Part shown: positions 1-9,630 of the stretch, piece after piece
Position numbering within the stretch: position 1 is the first letter of the stretch
Layout of the letters: each line of letters opens with the position of its first letter
NCBI GenBank assembly: GCA_015064745.1
Contig: SVRR01000002.1
Coordinates: forward strand, 2,417 to 66,416
Length of the DNA stretch: 64,000 nt
Source: Oscillospiraceae bacterium
GTDB taxonomy: Bacteria > Bacillota > Clostridia > Oscillospirales > CAG-272
Reading direction: 5' to 3'
Notes under the pieces: generated by a model
What the model was told of the DNA's origin: nothing
What the model saw: only the letters and a program-made list of their open reading frames with translations
Database searches by the model: none
Translations under genes and position numbers: made by a program

Positions 1-322
1 CCGTTTCCTTGATATCCTTGGTTTGCTGTTCGCCTGAGATCTCGCGCTCGATAATGTAGTTGCCCGTGTATCCTACGTTGTCAAGACCGATCTCCTCGAT
101 AAAGCGAAGCAGGGTGATAGGGGTTTCCTGACCCGTTTCGAAAAGGAAGCTGATCCCCATATTCTTGAAGGCGGCGGCAAGGGAGCGCAATGCGGCGAGA
201 ACGTCACTGTAATGAGGATCGTTCATGTTCTCGGGTAAGAAGCCCGCGTGGGTTGCAACGCATGTAACGCCAAGCTTCTTGGCAAATTCCGCAGCCATAA
301 GAAGCTCTTCCATGCGCTTCAT
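1..322 (-). pseudogene. Remnant of a xylose-isomerase-like TIM-barrel sugar phosphate isomerase/epimerase; 3' end runs off the window
   Basis: Own minus-strand translation: MKRMEELLMAAEFAKKLGVTCVATHAGF...ISFLFETGQETP...LDNVGYTGNYIIEREISGEQ. It matches mid and C-terminal motifs of the intact paralog at 15984-16829. About 85 N-terminal residues and the central D..H / H.KD block are missing, and there is no SD. It starts right after the lysS terminators. Confidence 0.5.
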
Positions 323-428
323 GCGGTACGCCTCGGGCACGATCCTGATCGTCGGTGAGTCGCACGTGCAGGTCTTCCCCGACCACGTTATTCGCCGTCC
401 TAAGGACGAAAACGAAAAATAAAACGAA

Positions 429-491
429 CACGGAAGCACATTCGTGCTTCCGTGCCAAAAAAATCCCGCAACGGTGTTGCGGGATTTTTTT
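429..491 (-). terminator. Two consecutive hairpins downstream of lysS; the second is a bidirectional rho-independent terminator
   Basis: CACGGAAGCAC-ATTC-GTGCTTCCGTG (429-454). Then A7 + ATCCCGCAAC-GGT-GTTGCGGGAT + T7 (457-491). Confidence 0.75.
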
Positions 492-496
492 ATAGA

Positions 497-2428
497 TCAA
501 TATAATTTTGCGCCTGCGGGAATGTGATTGTCTACCATCAAAAGGTGGAGCTTTTCCTCGCCCTCTTCCGAGTGGATTGCGGAGAGAAGCATACCGTTCG
601 ATTCGATACCCATCATCGCACGGGGCGGCAGGTTCGTGATCGCGATCAGCGTCTTACCGACAAGCTCCTCGGGCTCGTAGAATGCGTGAATGCCGCTGAG
701 GATGGTGCGATCGGTGCCTGTACCGTCGTCAAGTGTGAACTGCAAGAGCTTCTTGCTCTTGGGCACAGCCACGCACTCCTTGACCTTGACGGCGCGGAAA
801 TCGGACTTGCTGAAGGTCTCAAAATCAACGCAGTCTGCAAAGAGGGGCTCGATCTCGACCTTTGAGAAGTCGATAACCTCGGGCTTGGCTTCTGCCACGG
901 GGGCGGCTACGGGAGCTGCCTCTGCTGCGGGAGCGTCTGCCTTTTTGCCGTCGTCGAGCGGCTTCATAGTGGGGAAGAGAAGAACGTCGCGGATGGATGC
1001 CGAGTCAGTCAGCAGCATGACGAGACGGTCGATACCGAAGCCGAGACCGCCTGTCGGAGGCATACCGTATTCAAGTGCTGTTACAAAGTCGTAATCGACC
1101 TCGCTCTTCGACGAGGGATCCTCCTTGTGCTTTGCGGCAACCTGCTTTTCAAAGCGCTCCTTTTGGTCGATGGGGTCATTGAGCTCCGAGAAGGCGTTGC
1201 CGAACTCGGTTGCGTTGATGAAGTACTCAAAGCGCTCGGTGAAGGCAGGATCGTCCGGCTTTCTTTTAGCAAGAGGGCTGTTTTCTACGGGATAGTCGTA
1301 GATGAAGGTAGGCTGAATGAGGTTCTCTTCAACAAACGCGTCGAAGAACTCTACGAGAACGGTACCCTTGGTTGCGCCTTCGGGTACTTCAACGCCCTTT
1401 GCCTTTGCGCAAGCACGCGCTTCCTCGTCCGTCTTCCAATCGTTAAAGTCACAACCGGAATATTTCTTGACTGCCTCGATCATGGTAAGTCTTTCCCACT
1501 TGCCCATATCGATCTCGGTTCCCTGATAGGTGATCTTGGTATCACCGCAGATCTTCTTGGTCACGGTGATGTACATATCCTCAACGAGGTCCATCATACC
1601 CTTAAAATCGGTGTACGCTTGATAGAGCTCGATGGTGGTGAATTCGGGGTTATGCTTGGGATCCATGCCCTCGTTGCGGAAGATTCTGCCGACTTCGTAC
1701 ACGCGATTCATACCACCGACGATAAGACGCTTTAAGTACAGCTCGGTTTCGATGCGCAGGTACATATCGATGTCAAGCGTGTTGTGGTGGGTGGCAAAGG
1801 AGCGCGCGGATGCGCCAATCTCAAGGGGAACGAGAATGGGGGTATCGACTTCAAGAAATCCCCTGTCGTCAAGATAAGCGCGAAGCTCTTTAAGAATCTG
1901 CGAACGCTTGACAAAGGTGTCCTTGACTTCGGGATTGACGATGAGGTCAACGTATCTCTGGCGGTAGCGCGTCTCTTGATCCTTTAAGCCGTGAAACTTT
2001 TCGGGGAGGGGAAGAAGGGATTTCGCAAGAAGCTCGATCTTCTGTGCGTGAATAGAGATCTCGCCCGTCTGGGTGCGGAATACAAAGCCTTCGATACCGA
2101 TGATATCACCGATGTCCCATTTCTTAAAGCCGGCGTAGTCGTCCTCGCCCACATCGTCGCGCTTGACGTAGCTTTGGATCTTGCCTTCGCCGTCGTACAG
2201 ATGGACGAAGGAGGCTTTACCCATGACACGACGGCTCATCATTCTACCTGCGATGCGTACCGTTTTTCCGTCAAAATCATCGAAATTTGCAAGGATATCG
2301 GGTGCCGATGCAGTCACGTCGTAGCCCGTAACGGTAAAGGGATCCTTGCCGTTTTCTACGAGAGCCTTAAGCTTATCTCTGCGGATCTGCAGTTCGCTCG
2401 TGGCGTTAAGCTTGATTTCTTCTGCCAT
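497..2428 (-). CDS. lysS: Lysine--tRNA ligase (class II) with an extra 153-aa C-terminal Trbp111/EMAP-II-like tRNA-binding domain
   Basis: 643 aa. The first 490 aa look like a standard LysRS core. An Ala/Pro linker follows, then FRAVKVKECVAVPKSKKLLQFTLDDG...ILSGIHAFYEPEELVGKTL..NLPPRAMMGIESNGMLL. It lies downstream of greA as in many Firmicutes. Confidence 0.95.
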   Translation of the reverse strand: MAEEIKLNATSELQIRRDKLKALVENGKDPFTVTGYDVTASAPDILANFDDFDGKTVRIAGRMMSRRVMGKASFVHLYDGEGKIQSYVKRDDVGEDDYAGFKKWDIGDIIGIEGFVFRTQTGEISIHAQKIELLAKSLLPLPEKFHGLKDQETRYRQRYVDLIVNPEVKDTFVKRSQILKELRAYLDDRGFLEVDTPILVPLEIGASARSFATHHNTLDIDMYLRIETELYLKRLIVGGMNRVYEVGRIFRNEGMDPKHNPEFTTIELYQAYTDFKGMMDLVEDMYITVTKKICGDTKITYQGTEIDMGKWERLTMIEAVKKYSGCDFNDWKTDEEARACAKAKGVEVPEGATKGTVLVEFFDAFVEENLIQPTFIYDYPVENSPLAKRKPDDPAFTERFEYFINATEFGNAFSELNDPIDQKERFEKQVAAKHKEDPSSKSEVDYDFVTALEYGMPPTGGLGFGIDRLVMLLTDSASIRDVLLFPTMKPLDDGKKADAPAAEAAPVAAPVAEAKPEVIDFSKVEIEPLFADCVDFETFSKSDFRAVKVKECVAVPKSKKLLQFTLDDGTGTDRTILSGIHAFYEPEELVGKTLIAITNLPPRAMMGIESNGMLLSAIHSEEGEEKLHLLMVDNHIPAGAKLY

Positions 2429-2451
2429 TGTCTTTGGATGTCCTTTCGAAA

Positions 2452-2937
2452 TTATACGTTTGCGCGGCGCACATCGCGGATGATAAGATGCAAGGTCTTG
2501 CCGTTCGGAAGCTCAATGTCCACCTTTTCGCCCACAGCAGTACCCATGATACCGCCGCCAATGGCAGATTGATCGGAGATCTTGCCGGCTACGGGGTCGG
2601 TTTCGTAAGAACCGACGATATGATAGGTCTTGATGGCCTTGGTCTCTGTGTTCTCGACTTCAACGATAGAACCGACGGAAACCTTAGTGTGGTCGATTTC
2701 AGCTTCGTCAATGACGCGAGCAACCAAAAGCATTTCTTCCAGCTCGTGAATGCGCATTTCGACCTTGGCTTCTTCGTTCTTTGCCTCATCGTACTCGCTG
2801 TTCTCGGAAAGGTCACCGTAGCTTCTCGCCTTGGCAACCTCTTCCTTGATCTCTACGCGACGAACGTTCTTTAAAAAGTTTAACTCCTTTTGCAGGGCGT
2901 CGTAGCCCGCTTGTGTGTAATTCTTAAGCTCTGCCAT
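2452..2937 (-). CDS. greA: Transcription elongation factor GreA
   Basis: 161 aa with SYGDLSENSEYDEAKNEEA, typical GreA coiled-coil and C-terminal domain. Confidence 0.95.
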   Translation of the reverse strand: MAELKNYTQAGYDALQKELNFLKNVRRVEIKEEVAKARSYGDLSENSEYDEAKNEEAKVEMRIHELEEMLLVARVIDEAEIDHTKVSVGSIVEVENTETKAIKTYHIVGSYETDPVAGKISDQSAIGGGIMGTAVGEKVDIELPNGKTLHLIIRDVRRANV

Positions 2938-2975
2938 GATAGGTTCTCCCTTGTATATAAAGTATTTTGTAAACG

Positions 2976-4751
2976 TTAATTGTCATTTTTTGGATCATCC
3001 CAAGGTTTGAACGTGCTTTGTTGCTTAACGCAACGACGATAATCCGTGATAAGGTAGGCGATTAAGAATGCCACACCCGCAAACAACACCCCAAAAATGA
3101 TGAAGAGAAAACTGTTTGAGGAGAAAAATCCCTCTTTTTCAGTTTCCGGTGAGGGGGATTGCGTGTCGCCCGACACGGGGGGCGGTGTGTAGGGATCAGT
3201 TCCTTGTACGAAATCAACGGCGGCTGCCAGCTGATTGTCGAGTGCTTCGGGAATGGTGGAAATATAGTAGTCTTGCGCCTCCTCGGAGAGAGTAAGCTCG
3301 TGGTGCGGAACGACGCCCTTATCGTGATAGTTGGCGGAGACGGGCGGTGAGTAGTAGAAGGCGGGAATGACGAAATAGCCCATCTCAAAATAGGTGTAGT
3401 GCTGGATGCCGAGCTCCGCATAGGCGTAATAATCCGAAACGCGGAAGGAGCTTTGCCCCAGACCTTTGCCGTAGGTGGTAACACCGTAGGTCTCGGCAAC
3501 GCCGAAATCCATAAGGCAAGAGGTAAAAAGCTCACCCGCGGATGCGGTATATTCGTTGCAAAGCACCGCTATTCTTGCGGAAAGCTCGTGGTTTTTTGCA
3601 GCTTCGAATTTGGCGAGTGTTTCTGCGTCTGTGTCGTAGGAGGATAGATATTCCTCTACCGAGTGGAAGCTTTTACTGCCGTCGCGGGAATCGAAACGCA
3701 CGATGGGAAGCGTAATGTCATCGGGGAGAATGTACTCCAAAATGGCGATCACCACCTCGGCGTTACCGCCGGGATTGCTTCTCACGTCAAAAACAAATTC
3801 TTCGGCGCCGTTCGCTTCCAGTGTCTCAATGGCATTGACGAACTCGGCAAAGGTGCCTGCGGAGAACTCCGAAATACGGATGTAGCCCGTCGTTCCCTCG
3901 CCCAAGGAGAGTATTTTATACTCAACGGTAACGCTTTCCACCACACGGCGTACGAGCGTTACGGTATAAGGTACACCGTCGCGCGAAAAGGTCATGGTGA
4001 TCGAGGTATCTGCTTCGCCTCGAACAAGTGCCACGACTTGGTTGTAGTCAATATCCGAGATATCGTCGCCTTCGATCGCAAGCAAGATGTCGCCGGGTAA
4101 AATGCCCCCTGCTTCGGCAGGCGAGCCTTTCGTGACGGAAATGACGTCGATGTAGCCGTCGTCACGAGGGGTGACCGAAACGCCAATTCCTACATATGAG
4201 GTGGGCATTTCGTGCTCCGCGGTTGCCGTTTCGCTGTCAACGTAGGAGGCGTAAATATCTCCAAGCGCCAGCGTGTAGCAGGTGATGAGCGCATCTGTCG
4301 TGATCTCCTCGTCCGTCAAACGGTCAAGAAGAATGTCTTTGGCGAGAATATCTACCATTGCGGGGAGCAGGGAACGGACCGAACGGTACACGCCAATGTA
4401 CTCACGCGCATAGAGGTCGTCCATGATGGCGAGTGCGTAGGGGCGGTAGGTGAGGGTGCGCAGGAGGGAAGCCCTCCCTCTCAGGTCCGCGATATACGCT
4501 GACATATCAAGGCCGTTTCCGTTTTCGTCTTTTAAGACCTCTCCCGATGCTTCGTAGCCTGCGGCGGCGGTGTCCAAAGCGTTTGCCTTGGAAGCTATAA
4601 GAGCGTCAAGCTCAAGGGCTATGGCGTCTGCCTCGTCTTGCAAAATGGGCGTGTTCCCTGCTTGCCGAGCGCAGCTCGAAAGAGAAAGCGAGCAGAGAAG
4701 AAGGAAGATCAAAAGGACGGATAAAATGGCATGAAGCCGATTTTTACGCAT
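2976..4751 (-). CDS. S41-family C-terminal processing peptidase with PDZ domain, lipoprotein-type signal and C-terminal TM anchor
   Basis: Signal LSLSSC. PDZ-like GIGVSV...VTKGSPAEAGGILPGDILLAIEG. Ser nucleophile region TASAGELF. Hydrophobic helix near the C-terminus. Confidence 0.85.
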   Translation of the reverse strand: MRKNRLHAILSVLLIFLLLCSLSLSSCARQAGNTPILQDEADAIALELDALIASKANALDTAAAGYEASGEVLKDENGNGLDMSAYIADLRGRASLLRTLTYRPYALAIMDDLYAREYIGVYRSVRSLLPAMVDILAKDILLDRLTDEEITTDALITCYTLALGDIYASYVDSETATAEHEMPTSYVGIGVSVTPRDDGYIDVISVTKGSPAEAGGILPGDILLAIEGDDISDIDYNQVVALVRGEADTSITMTFSRDGVPYTVTLVRRVVESVTVEYKILSLGEGTTGYIRISEFSAGTFAEFVNAIETLEANGAEEFVFDVRSNPGGNAEVVIAILEYILPDDITLPIVRFDSRDGSKSFHSVEEYLSSYDTDAETLAKFEAAKNHELSARIAVLCNEYTASAGELFTSCLMDFGVAETYGVTTYGKGLGQSSFRVSDYYAYAELGIQHYTYFEMGYFVIPAFYYSPPVSANYHDKGVVPHHELTLSEEAQDYYISTIPEALDNQLAAAVDFVQGTDPYTPPPVSGDTQSPSPETEKEGFFSSNSFLFIIFGVLFAGVAFLIAYLITDYRRCVKQQSTFKPWDDPKNDN

Positions 4752-4767
4752 ATCTTTTTCCCGAAAA

Positions 4768-5856
4768 TCAGAATTTAGTAGGTTTATTGGTCAGGTATTT
4801 CTTAACCATCAAGGCAACCTTGAATGTGATCGCTTGATCAAAGTTGCGAAGGTCAAGTCCTGTGATCTTGCGAATTTTTTCAAGTCGGTATACAAGGGTG
4901 TTTCTGTGAACGAAAAGATTGCGCGAGGTTTCGGAAACATTCAGGTTGTACTCAAAGAAGCGTTGTACCGTGTCAAGGGTGTCGCGGTCAAGCGTTTCAA
5001 GCGAGCCCTTCTTGAAAACCTCTTGCAAAAATGCCTCACAAAGGGTGGTAGGAAGCTGATAGATCAGTCTGCCAATGCCGAGATTGTCGTAATCTATGAT
5101 GTTCTTCTCGGTATCGAATACCTTGCCGACTTCAAGAGCAATGCGCGCTTCCTTGTAGGCGCGGGCAAGATCCTTGAGTCCCACAACGACGGAGGAAATA
5201 CCGATGGATACCTTGGAATAGAATTCGGTGCTGAGGGTTTGAGCGATGGAATTTGCAAGCTCCTCGATCTCCTCTGGCTCCTCGTATCCGCCGACCTCCT
5301 TCACGAGGACGATGTCCTGCTCACCGATATTGATGACATAATCGGTGTTCTTGTCGGGGAACATGCCTTGCACGATCTCGTAGGGAAGCATGTCGGTGTG
5401 GCTGTAAAATTTAATCAAAAATACGACGCGGCTGGTCTCACCGTCAAAGTGAAGCTCCTTGCCCTTGATGTAAATGTCGCTCGGAAGAATATTATCAAGC
5501 ATTACGTTCTTGATAAAGGAGCTCTTGTCATATTTTTCGTCGTACAGATTTTTTACGCTGCCGAGTGAAACGGAAAGGACACAGGAAAGCTCGTCTGCCT
5601 TCTTGTCCTCGCCCTCAACGAAAACGGTGCAGTCGCTTTTTCCGGCATTCGTGGAGAGAAAACGGTAGGTGTAGCCGTTCTGTTGCAAAGATGTGGTCGA
5701 AAACGACAATTCTTCCTTAATTCCGAGCATAGGTTCGCCGATGCGCTTCATATCGCTGCACGCAACGATGATGCCGGTTTCATCGATCACGCCGATTACG
5801 CGGCTGACCGCATCCTTCATTTGATGGATCACGCCTTGGAACAAACGGTTTGCCAT
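4768..5856 (-). CDS. PucR/CdaR-family transcriptional regulator
   Basis: CdaR-like N-terminus (VIGVIDETGIIVACSDMKRIGEP) and PucR C-terminal HTH (HRNTLVYRLEKIRKITGLDL). Start moved to MANRLF behind AAAGGAG; the track ORF begins 16 codons earlier. Confidence 0.8.
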   Translation of the reverse strand: MANRLFQGVIHQMKDAVSRVIGVIDETGIIVACSDMKRIGEPMLGIKEELSFSTTSLQQNGYTYRFLSTNAGKSDCTVFVEGEDKKADELSCVLSVSLGSVKNLYDEKYDKSSFIKNVMLDNILPSDIYIKGKELHFDGETSRVVFLIKFYSHTDMLPYEIVQGMFPDKNTDYVINIGEQDIVLVKEVGGYEEPEEIEELANSIAQTLSTEFYSKVSIGISSVVVGLKDLARAYKEARIALEVGKVFDTEKNIIDYDNLGIGRLIYQLPTTLCEAFLQEVFKKGSLETLDRDTLDTVQRFFEYNLNVSETSRNLFVHRNTLVYRLEKIRKITGLDLRNFDQAITFKVALMVKKYLTNKPTKF

Positions 5857-6033
5857 AGGGGGGTACTCCTTTGTACGATAAAAATGAATTTGTCTAACCT
5901 GCACTATATTTTATCTTATTCTTTGTTATTTTTCAATAGGAAATCGAAAAATAATTGTAAATATTGCATAATTTTTTTCTTTAAATTTGTTATAAAGTGA
6001 AAAAAGTCTGTTTTTACCGAAAAAAACGCTGTT

Positions 6034-6774
6034 TTAGCTTATCAGCTCATAGGCATAGCTGATGGCGGAAAGTAGAAAAAGCGGTGCCGTTTCGCAACGC
6101 AAAATGCGCGTACCGAGTCCTGTGGGGATAAGTCCCTTTGCCTTTGCTTTTTCAAATTCGGCATCCGAGAAACCGCCCTCACTGCCGACGACGACGGCGA
6201 TCCTTTGGATATCCTTATGGGCATCGAGCACCTTTCGCAAGGAAAGGGTCCCTTCCCCGGGATGGCAAAAAAGAGCGAGAGGATATTCGGATGCCTCCGA
6301 CAGCATTTCGTCGAAGGAAATAGGGGCATACACCTTGGGTAAAATGCCTCTGCCGCACTGCTTTGCCGCTTCTAAGACGATTTTTTCCTGCCGGTTCAGA
6401 TTGTGCTCCACCTTGTCTGCCTTGGGACGCTTGATACAGCGTTCGCTTTCAAAGGGGGTAATGGCACAAACGCCCAGCTCCACCGCCTTCTGCATGATAA
6501 ATTCTAACTTATCCGACTTGGGATATGCTTGAAACAGATGTACCTCGACAGGGGATTCCCCCGATGCTTCTATGGGGGTTAGGACGGTTGCCGTCACACA
6601 CGTGCCGTCAAGGGAGGAAAGACGGCATATGTAGCTTTTGCCCATGCCGTCGGTCACGCTGATTGTTTCGCCCACCGCCATGCGCAGAGAATAAGAGATG
6701 TGATGCGCGTCGGCACCCGAAAGCACAACGTCTTCCCCAAGCGTAGCGGATGATGAAATGAAAAAACGAGGCAT
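6034..6774 (-). CDS. rsmE: 16S rRNA (uracil1498-N3)-methyltransferase
   Basis: 246 aa with MPRFF... N-terminus. PUA-like plus SPOUT pattern. Follows prmA as in the conserved prmA-rsmE pair. Confidence 0.9.
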   Translation of the reverse strand: MPRFFISSSATLGEDVVLSGADAHHISYSLRMAVGETISVTDGMGKSYICRLSSLDGTCVTATVLTPIEASGESPVEVHLFQAYPKSDKLEFIMQKAVELGVCAITPFESERCIKRPKADKVEHNLNRQEKIVLEAAKQCGRGILPKVYAPISFDEMLSEASEYPLALFCHPGEGTLSLRKVLDAHKDIQRIAVVVGSEGGFSDAEFEKAKAKGLIPTGLGTRILRCETAPLFLLSAISYAYELIS

Positions 6775-6786
6775 AATGATCTCCGT

Positions 6787-7701
6787 TCAGTTTTTTTGAA
6801 TCAAGAGGGCATACCAATCGCGCTCCTCTGCCTCGCGCACGAGGGTAAAGCCGTAGGTGCCGAGCACGGCACGGATCTCCTCCGCCCTTGCACCGATGAT
6901 GCCAGAAAGGATGGCGCGCGCGCCTGTTTTCATAACAGAGCCGAGCGAGGGGAGAAGGCGCAAAATGATATCCGCTACAATATTGGCGACAACAAAATCG
7001 TAGTGTTCGGCAGAGTCAACGCCGTCAAGAAGGTCGGCGATTCCGCAAAAGACGTTATCCGCACCGTCCTTTTCGACGTTTTCCCTCGCCACGCGCACGG
7101 CAACGGGGTCAATATCATAGGCATAGCAAGCGCGCGCACCCAGTTTTGAGGCACAAAGCGCCAAAATACCGCTTCCCGTGCCGATGTCAAGCAGACGCTC
7201 CCCACCTTTGATCTCCTCGGATAGCATCTCCATCACGAGCCGTGTCGTTTCGTGCGTTCCTGTGCCGAATGCCATACCGGGGTCCATGCGAAGGATCAGC
7301 TCTCCTTCTGCGGGAGCGTATTCCTCCCATGCGGGAACGACGGTCACGCGTCCGATGCGAATGGGGTGATAATATTTTTTCCAAGCCTCCGCCCAATCCT
7401 CCTCGCACATACCCTCGGTGGTGACGGAGGCATCTATACCAAGCGTCGAAATGCGCTCGTAAAGGAACGCCTTCGCTTCGGCAAGACTGCGCTCGGCAGG
7501 AAGAAAGACGGAAACAGTCGCCTTTGTTTTGTCGGCGTTCAAAATGCTCTCGTCGATGAGAGCACCGTAAAGTCCGTCCGTCGAAACGTCACTGTAATCC
7601 TCGATCATGACACCGTTGTCGATCATGCTGATCACGGCGGTCAGGATCTCCACGTCCATTTGCTTTCCAACGAGGGAAAGCTTGATCCATTGATTGTCCA
7701 T
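6787..7701 (-). CDS. prmA: Ribosomal protein L11 methyltransferase
   Basis: 304 aa with FGTGTHETT and LDIGTGSGILAL SAM-binding motifs. Confidence 0.92.
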   Translation of the reverse strand: MDNQWIKLSLVGKQMDVEILTAVISMIDNGVMIEDYSDVSTDGLYGALIDESILNADKTKATVSVFLPAERSLAEAKAFLYERISTLGIDASVTTEGMCEEDWAEAWKKYYHPIRIGRVTVVPAWEEYAPAEGELILRMDPGMAFGTGTHETTRLVMEMLSEEIKGGERLLDIGTGSGILALCASKLGARACYAYDIDPVAVRVARENVEKDGADNVFCGIADLLDGVDSAEHYDFVVANIVADIILRLLPSLGSVMKTGARAILSGIIGARAEEIRAVLGTYGFTLVREAEERDWYALLIQKN

Positions 7702-7726
7702 TATACTACCTCATGTAAAGAAATAT

Positions 7727-8593
7727 TTACAAGTCTTGGATATCCTTGCTGAGCTGGGCTTTTAGCTCTGCTAAGGAAGAAAAGCGCTTTTCCTCGCGCA
7801 AAAAGGAGAAAAAGGAGATTTTGAGCGTCTTTTCGTAGAGATCTCCCGAAAAGTCTTTTAGGAAGGTCTCCACCCGTTCTTCGCCGCCCTCCTCGACCGT
7901 GGGGCGTACGCCAACGTCCGATACTCCCTTGTAAAGAATACCGTCGACTTCGACGGACGTTTTGTAAACGCCGTGACGCGGGAGCATCGTCAAGGGGGCG
8001 ACGTTTGCGGTCGGAAAGCCGAGAGTGCGCCCGACGGTGCGTCCATGGGTCACAGTGCCCGAAACGGTATAAGGATGTCCCAGCATTGCGTTTGCCGCCT
8101 CAATATCGCCCCGGCTCAAAGCCCCACGAATACGGGTGGCGGAAATGGGAGCGTTTTCGTAGAGCATAGGTGGCAAAATAACGCTTTCGGGCAAAAAGCG
8201 AGCAAGCAGTGCTGCATCTCCCGCCGCCATATAGCCGAAGCGGAAGTTGAAGCCGCATAACGCAAGGCGTGCGTGGCAGGATTCCTTTAATACCGATGAG
8301 ATAAACGCCTCCGGCGAAAGAGAACGGAGCTCCTCAAAGGAGGCCAAAATGACGTTTTGAATGCCTGCCTTTTCAAAAAAGGCAAGACGGTCCTCCACAG
8401 AGAAAAGCGGCGAGCCTTCCTTGGTAGGTAGGTGCGAAAAGGAAAATACGGCACTCTCACAGCTAAGCCGACGCGCTTCAAGGAGTGTTCTTTCAAGAAG
8501 CGCTTGGTGCCCTCGGTGTCCGCCGTCAAAATAGCCGAGCGCGATTGCTTGCGGCGAGGCGATAACAGCGTCCTTTAAGTGTAAAACGCGCAT
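7727..8593 (-). CDS. ribF: Bifunctional riboflavin kinase / FAD synthetase
   Basis: GYFDGGHRGHQALL plus the kinase motif GRTLGFPTANV. Start set at MRVLHL behind AGGAGG (8 nt). The 56-codon upstream extension in the track is low-complexity. Confidence 0.9.
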   Translation of the reverse strand: MRVLHLKDAVIASPQAIALGYFDGGHRGHQALLERTLLEARRLSCESAVFSFSHLPTKEGSPLFSVEDRLAFFEKAGIQNVILASFEELRSLSPEAFISSVLKESCHARLALCGFNFRFGYMAAGDAALLARFLPESVILPPMLYENAPISATRIRGALSRGDIEAANAMLGHPYTVSGTVTHGRTVGRTLGFPTANVAPLTMLPRHGVYKTSVEVDGILYKGVSDVGVRPTVEEGGEERVETFLKDFSGDLYEKTLKISFFSFLREEKRFSSLAELKAQLSKDIQDL

Positions 8594-8775
8594 GAAGCGT
8601 TCCTCCTTTCCTATGGCGGTTAATATATCTATTATATATGAAAAGCGAAAAAAAGTCAATATCGGCGGTGCGATTTGCGGCAAATGTAAAAAAAGAGAAA
8701 AAATAAGAAAAGGGGTTTCTTTTTTCGTCAAAAAAAGGTATAATGAAATGAGAAATTTCAAGGAAGGTAAACAAT

Positions 8776-9630
8776 ATGCCCTTATTTATTATACTCGGCG
8801 TACTGCTCGTATTGTTTCTTGGCCATCTTTTTTTGTTGACCACAAGACGTCGCCGCAAGGAAACGGAGCCGTTTATGAAAACCCCCTACGCGCACCGCGG
8901 GCTTCATGGAAAAGAAATTCCCGAAAACTCTCTTGCCGCCTTTTCTTCGGCTCTCCAAATGGGCTACGGCATTGAGCTTGACGTTCAGCTCTCCTCGGAC
9001 GGAGAGGTAATGGTCTTTCACGATGAAAGCCTTTTGCGCATGACGGGGTGTGACGGCTCTCTCTATTCCAAAACAAAAGAAGAGCTTTCCATGCTTCGCC
9101 TTGGTGCATCGGAAGAAAAAATTCCAACGCTTGCCGAGGTGCTTGCTCTCGTTGACGGTCGCGTACCTCTTCTCGTGGAGATCAAGTCCGATCACGCTGT
9201 GATGGAGGTGTGCCGCAAGACGGCAGAGCTTCTCGACGGCTATCACGGGGCGTATATGGTGGAATCCTTCCATCCGTTAGCGGTGAACTGGTTTCGCAAA
9301 AACCGCCCCCATGTTGTCAGAGGACAGCTCTCCGCTCGCCTTTTTGAAAAAGGAAAGCGCACCCCCTCCATGTTTCTTGTGCAAAATTTGCTTTTAAATT
9401 TTCTTGCGCGTCCCGATTTCATAGCGTTTGATTATAAGCATAAAAATCGGTATTCCTTCGCGCTTTGCCGATTTTTTCACCGTCCCTATACGGTTGCGTG
9501 GACGGTAAAGGATAAGGCTGGACTGGCAGCGTCGCACCGCTTTGATGGCGTCATCTTTGAATTTCTGACGCACGAAGAGCTTCGCGCACAGGGAAGACTG
9601 CAATACGAAGAAAAGGAAGAGAGAACATGA
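8776..9630 (+). CDS. Glycerophosphodiester phosphodiesterase family protein with N-terminal TM helix
   Basis: YAHRGLH..IPENSLAAF...GIELDVQLSSDGEVMVFHD (GDPD motifs). Confidence 0.85.
   Translation: MPLFIILGVLLVLFLGHLFLLTTRRRRKETEPFMKTPYAHRGLHGKEIPENSLAAFSSALQMGYGIELDVQLSSDGEVMVFHDESLLRMTGCDGSLYSKTKEELSMLRLGASEEKIPTLAEVLALVDGRVPLLVEIKSDHAVMEVCRKTAELLDGYHGAYMVESFHPLAVNWFRKNRPHVVRGQLSARLFEKGKRTPSMFLVQNLLLNFLARPDFIAFDYKHKNRYSFALCRFFHRPYTVAWTVKDKAGLAASHRFDGVIFEFLTHEELRAQGRLQYEEKEERT

Noticed and set aside
204-500. Track ORFs 204-500 (-) and 225-422 (+).
   Set aside because: They cross the two lysS terminator hairpins or are out-of-frame shadows of the TIM-barrel remnant. They have no SD and implausible composition.
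7727-8761. Over-long track ORFs (also 42248-42928, 46242-47069, 54728-55726, 20546-21535, 44153-44782, 10778-12274 and 4768-5904).
   Set aside because: The 5' extensions cross terminators or promoters, or are low-complexity. Internal starts with proper SDs match the family N-termini, so the coordinates were trimmed in the feature table.
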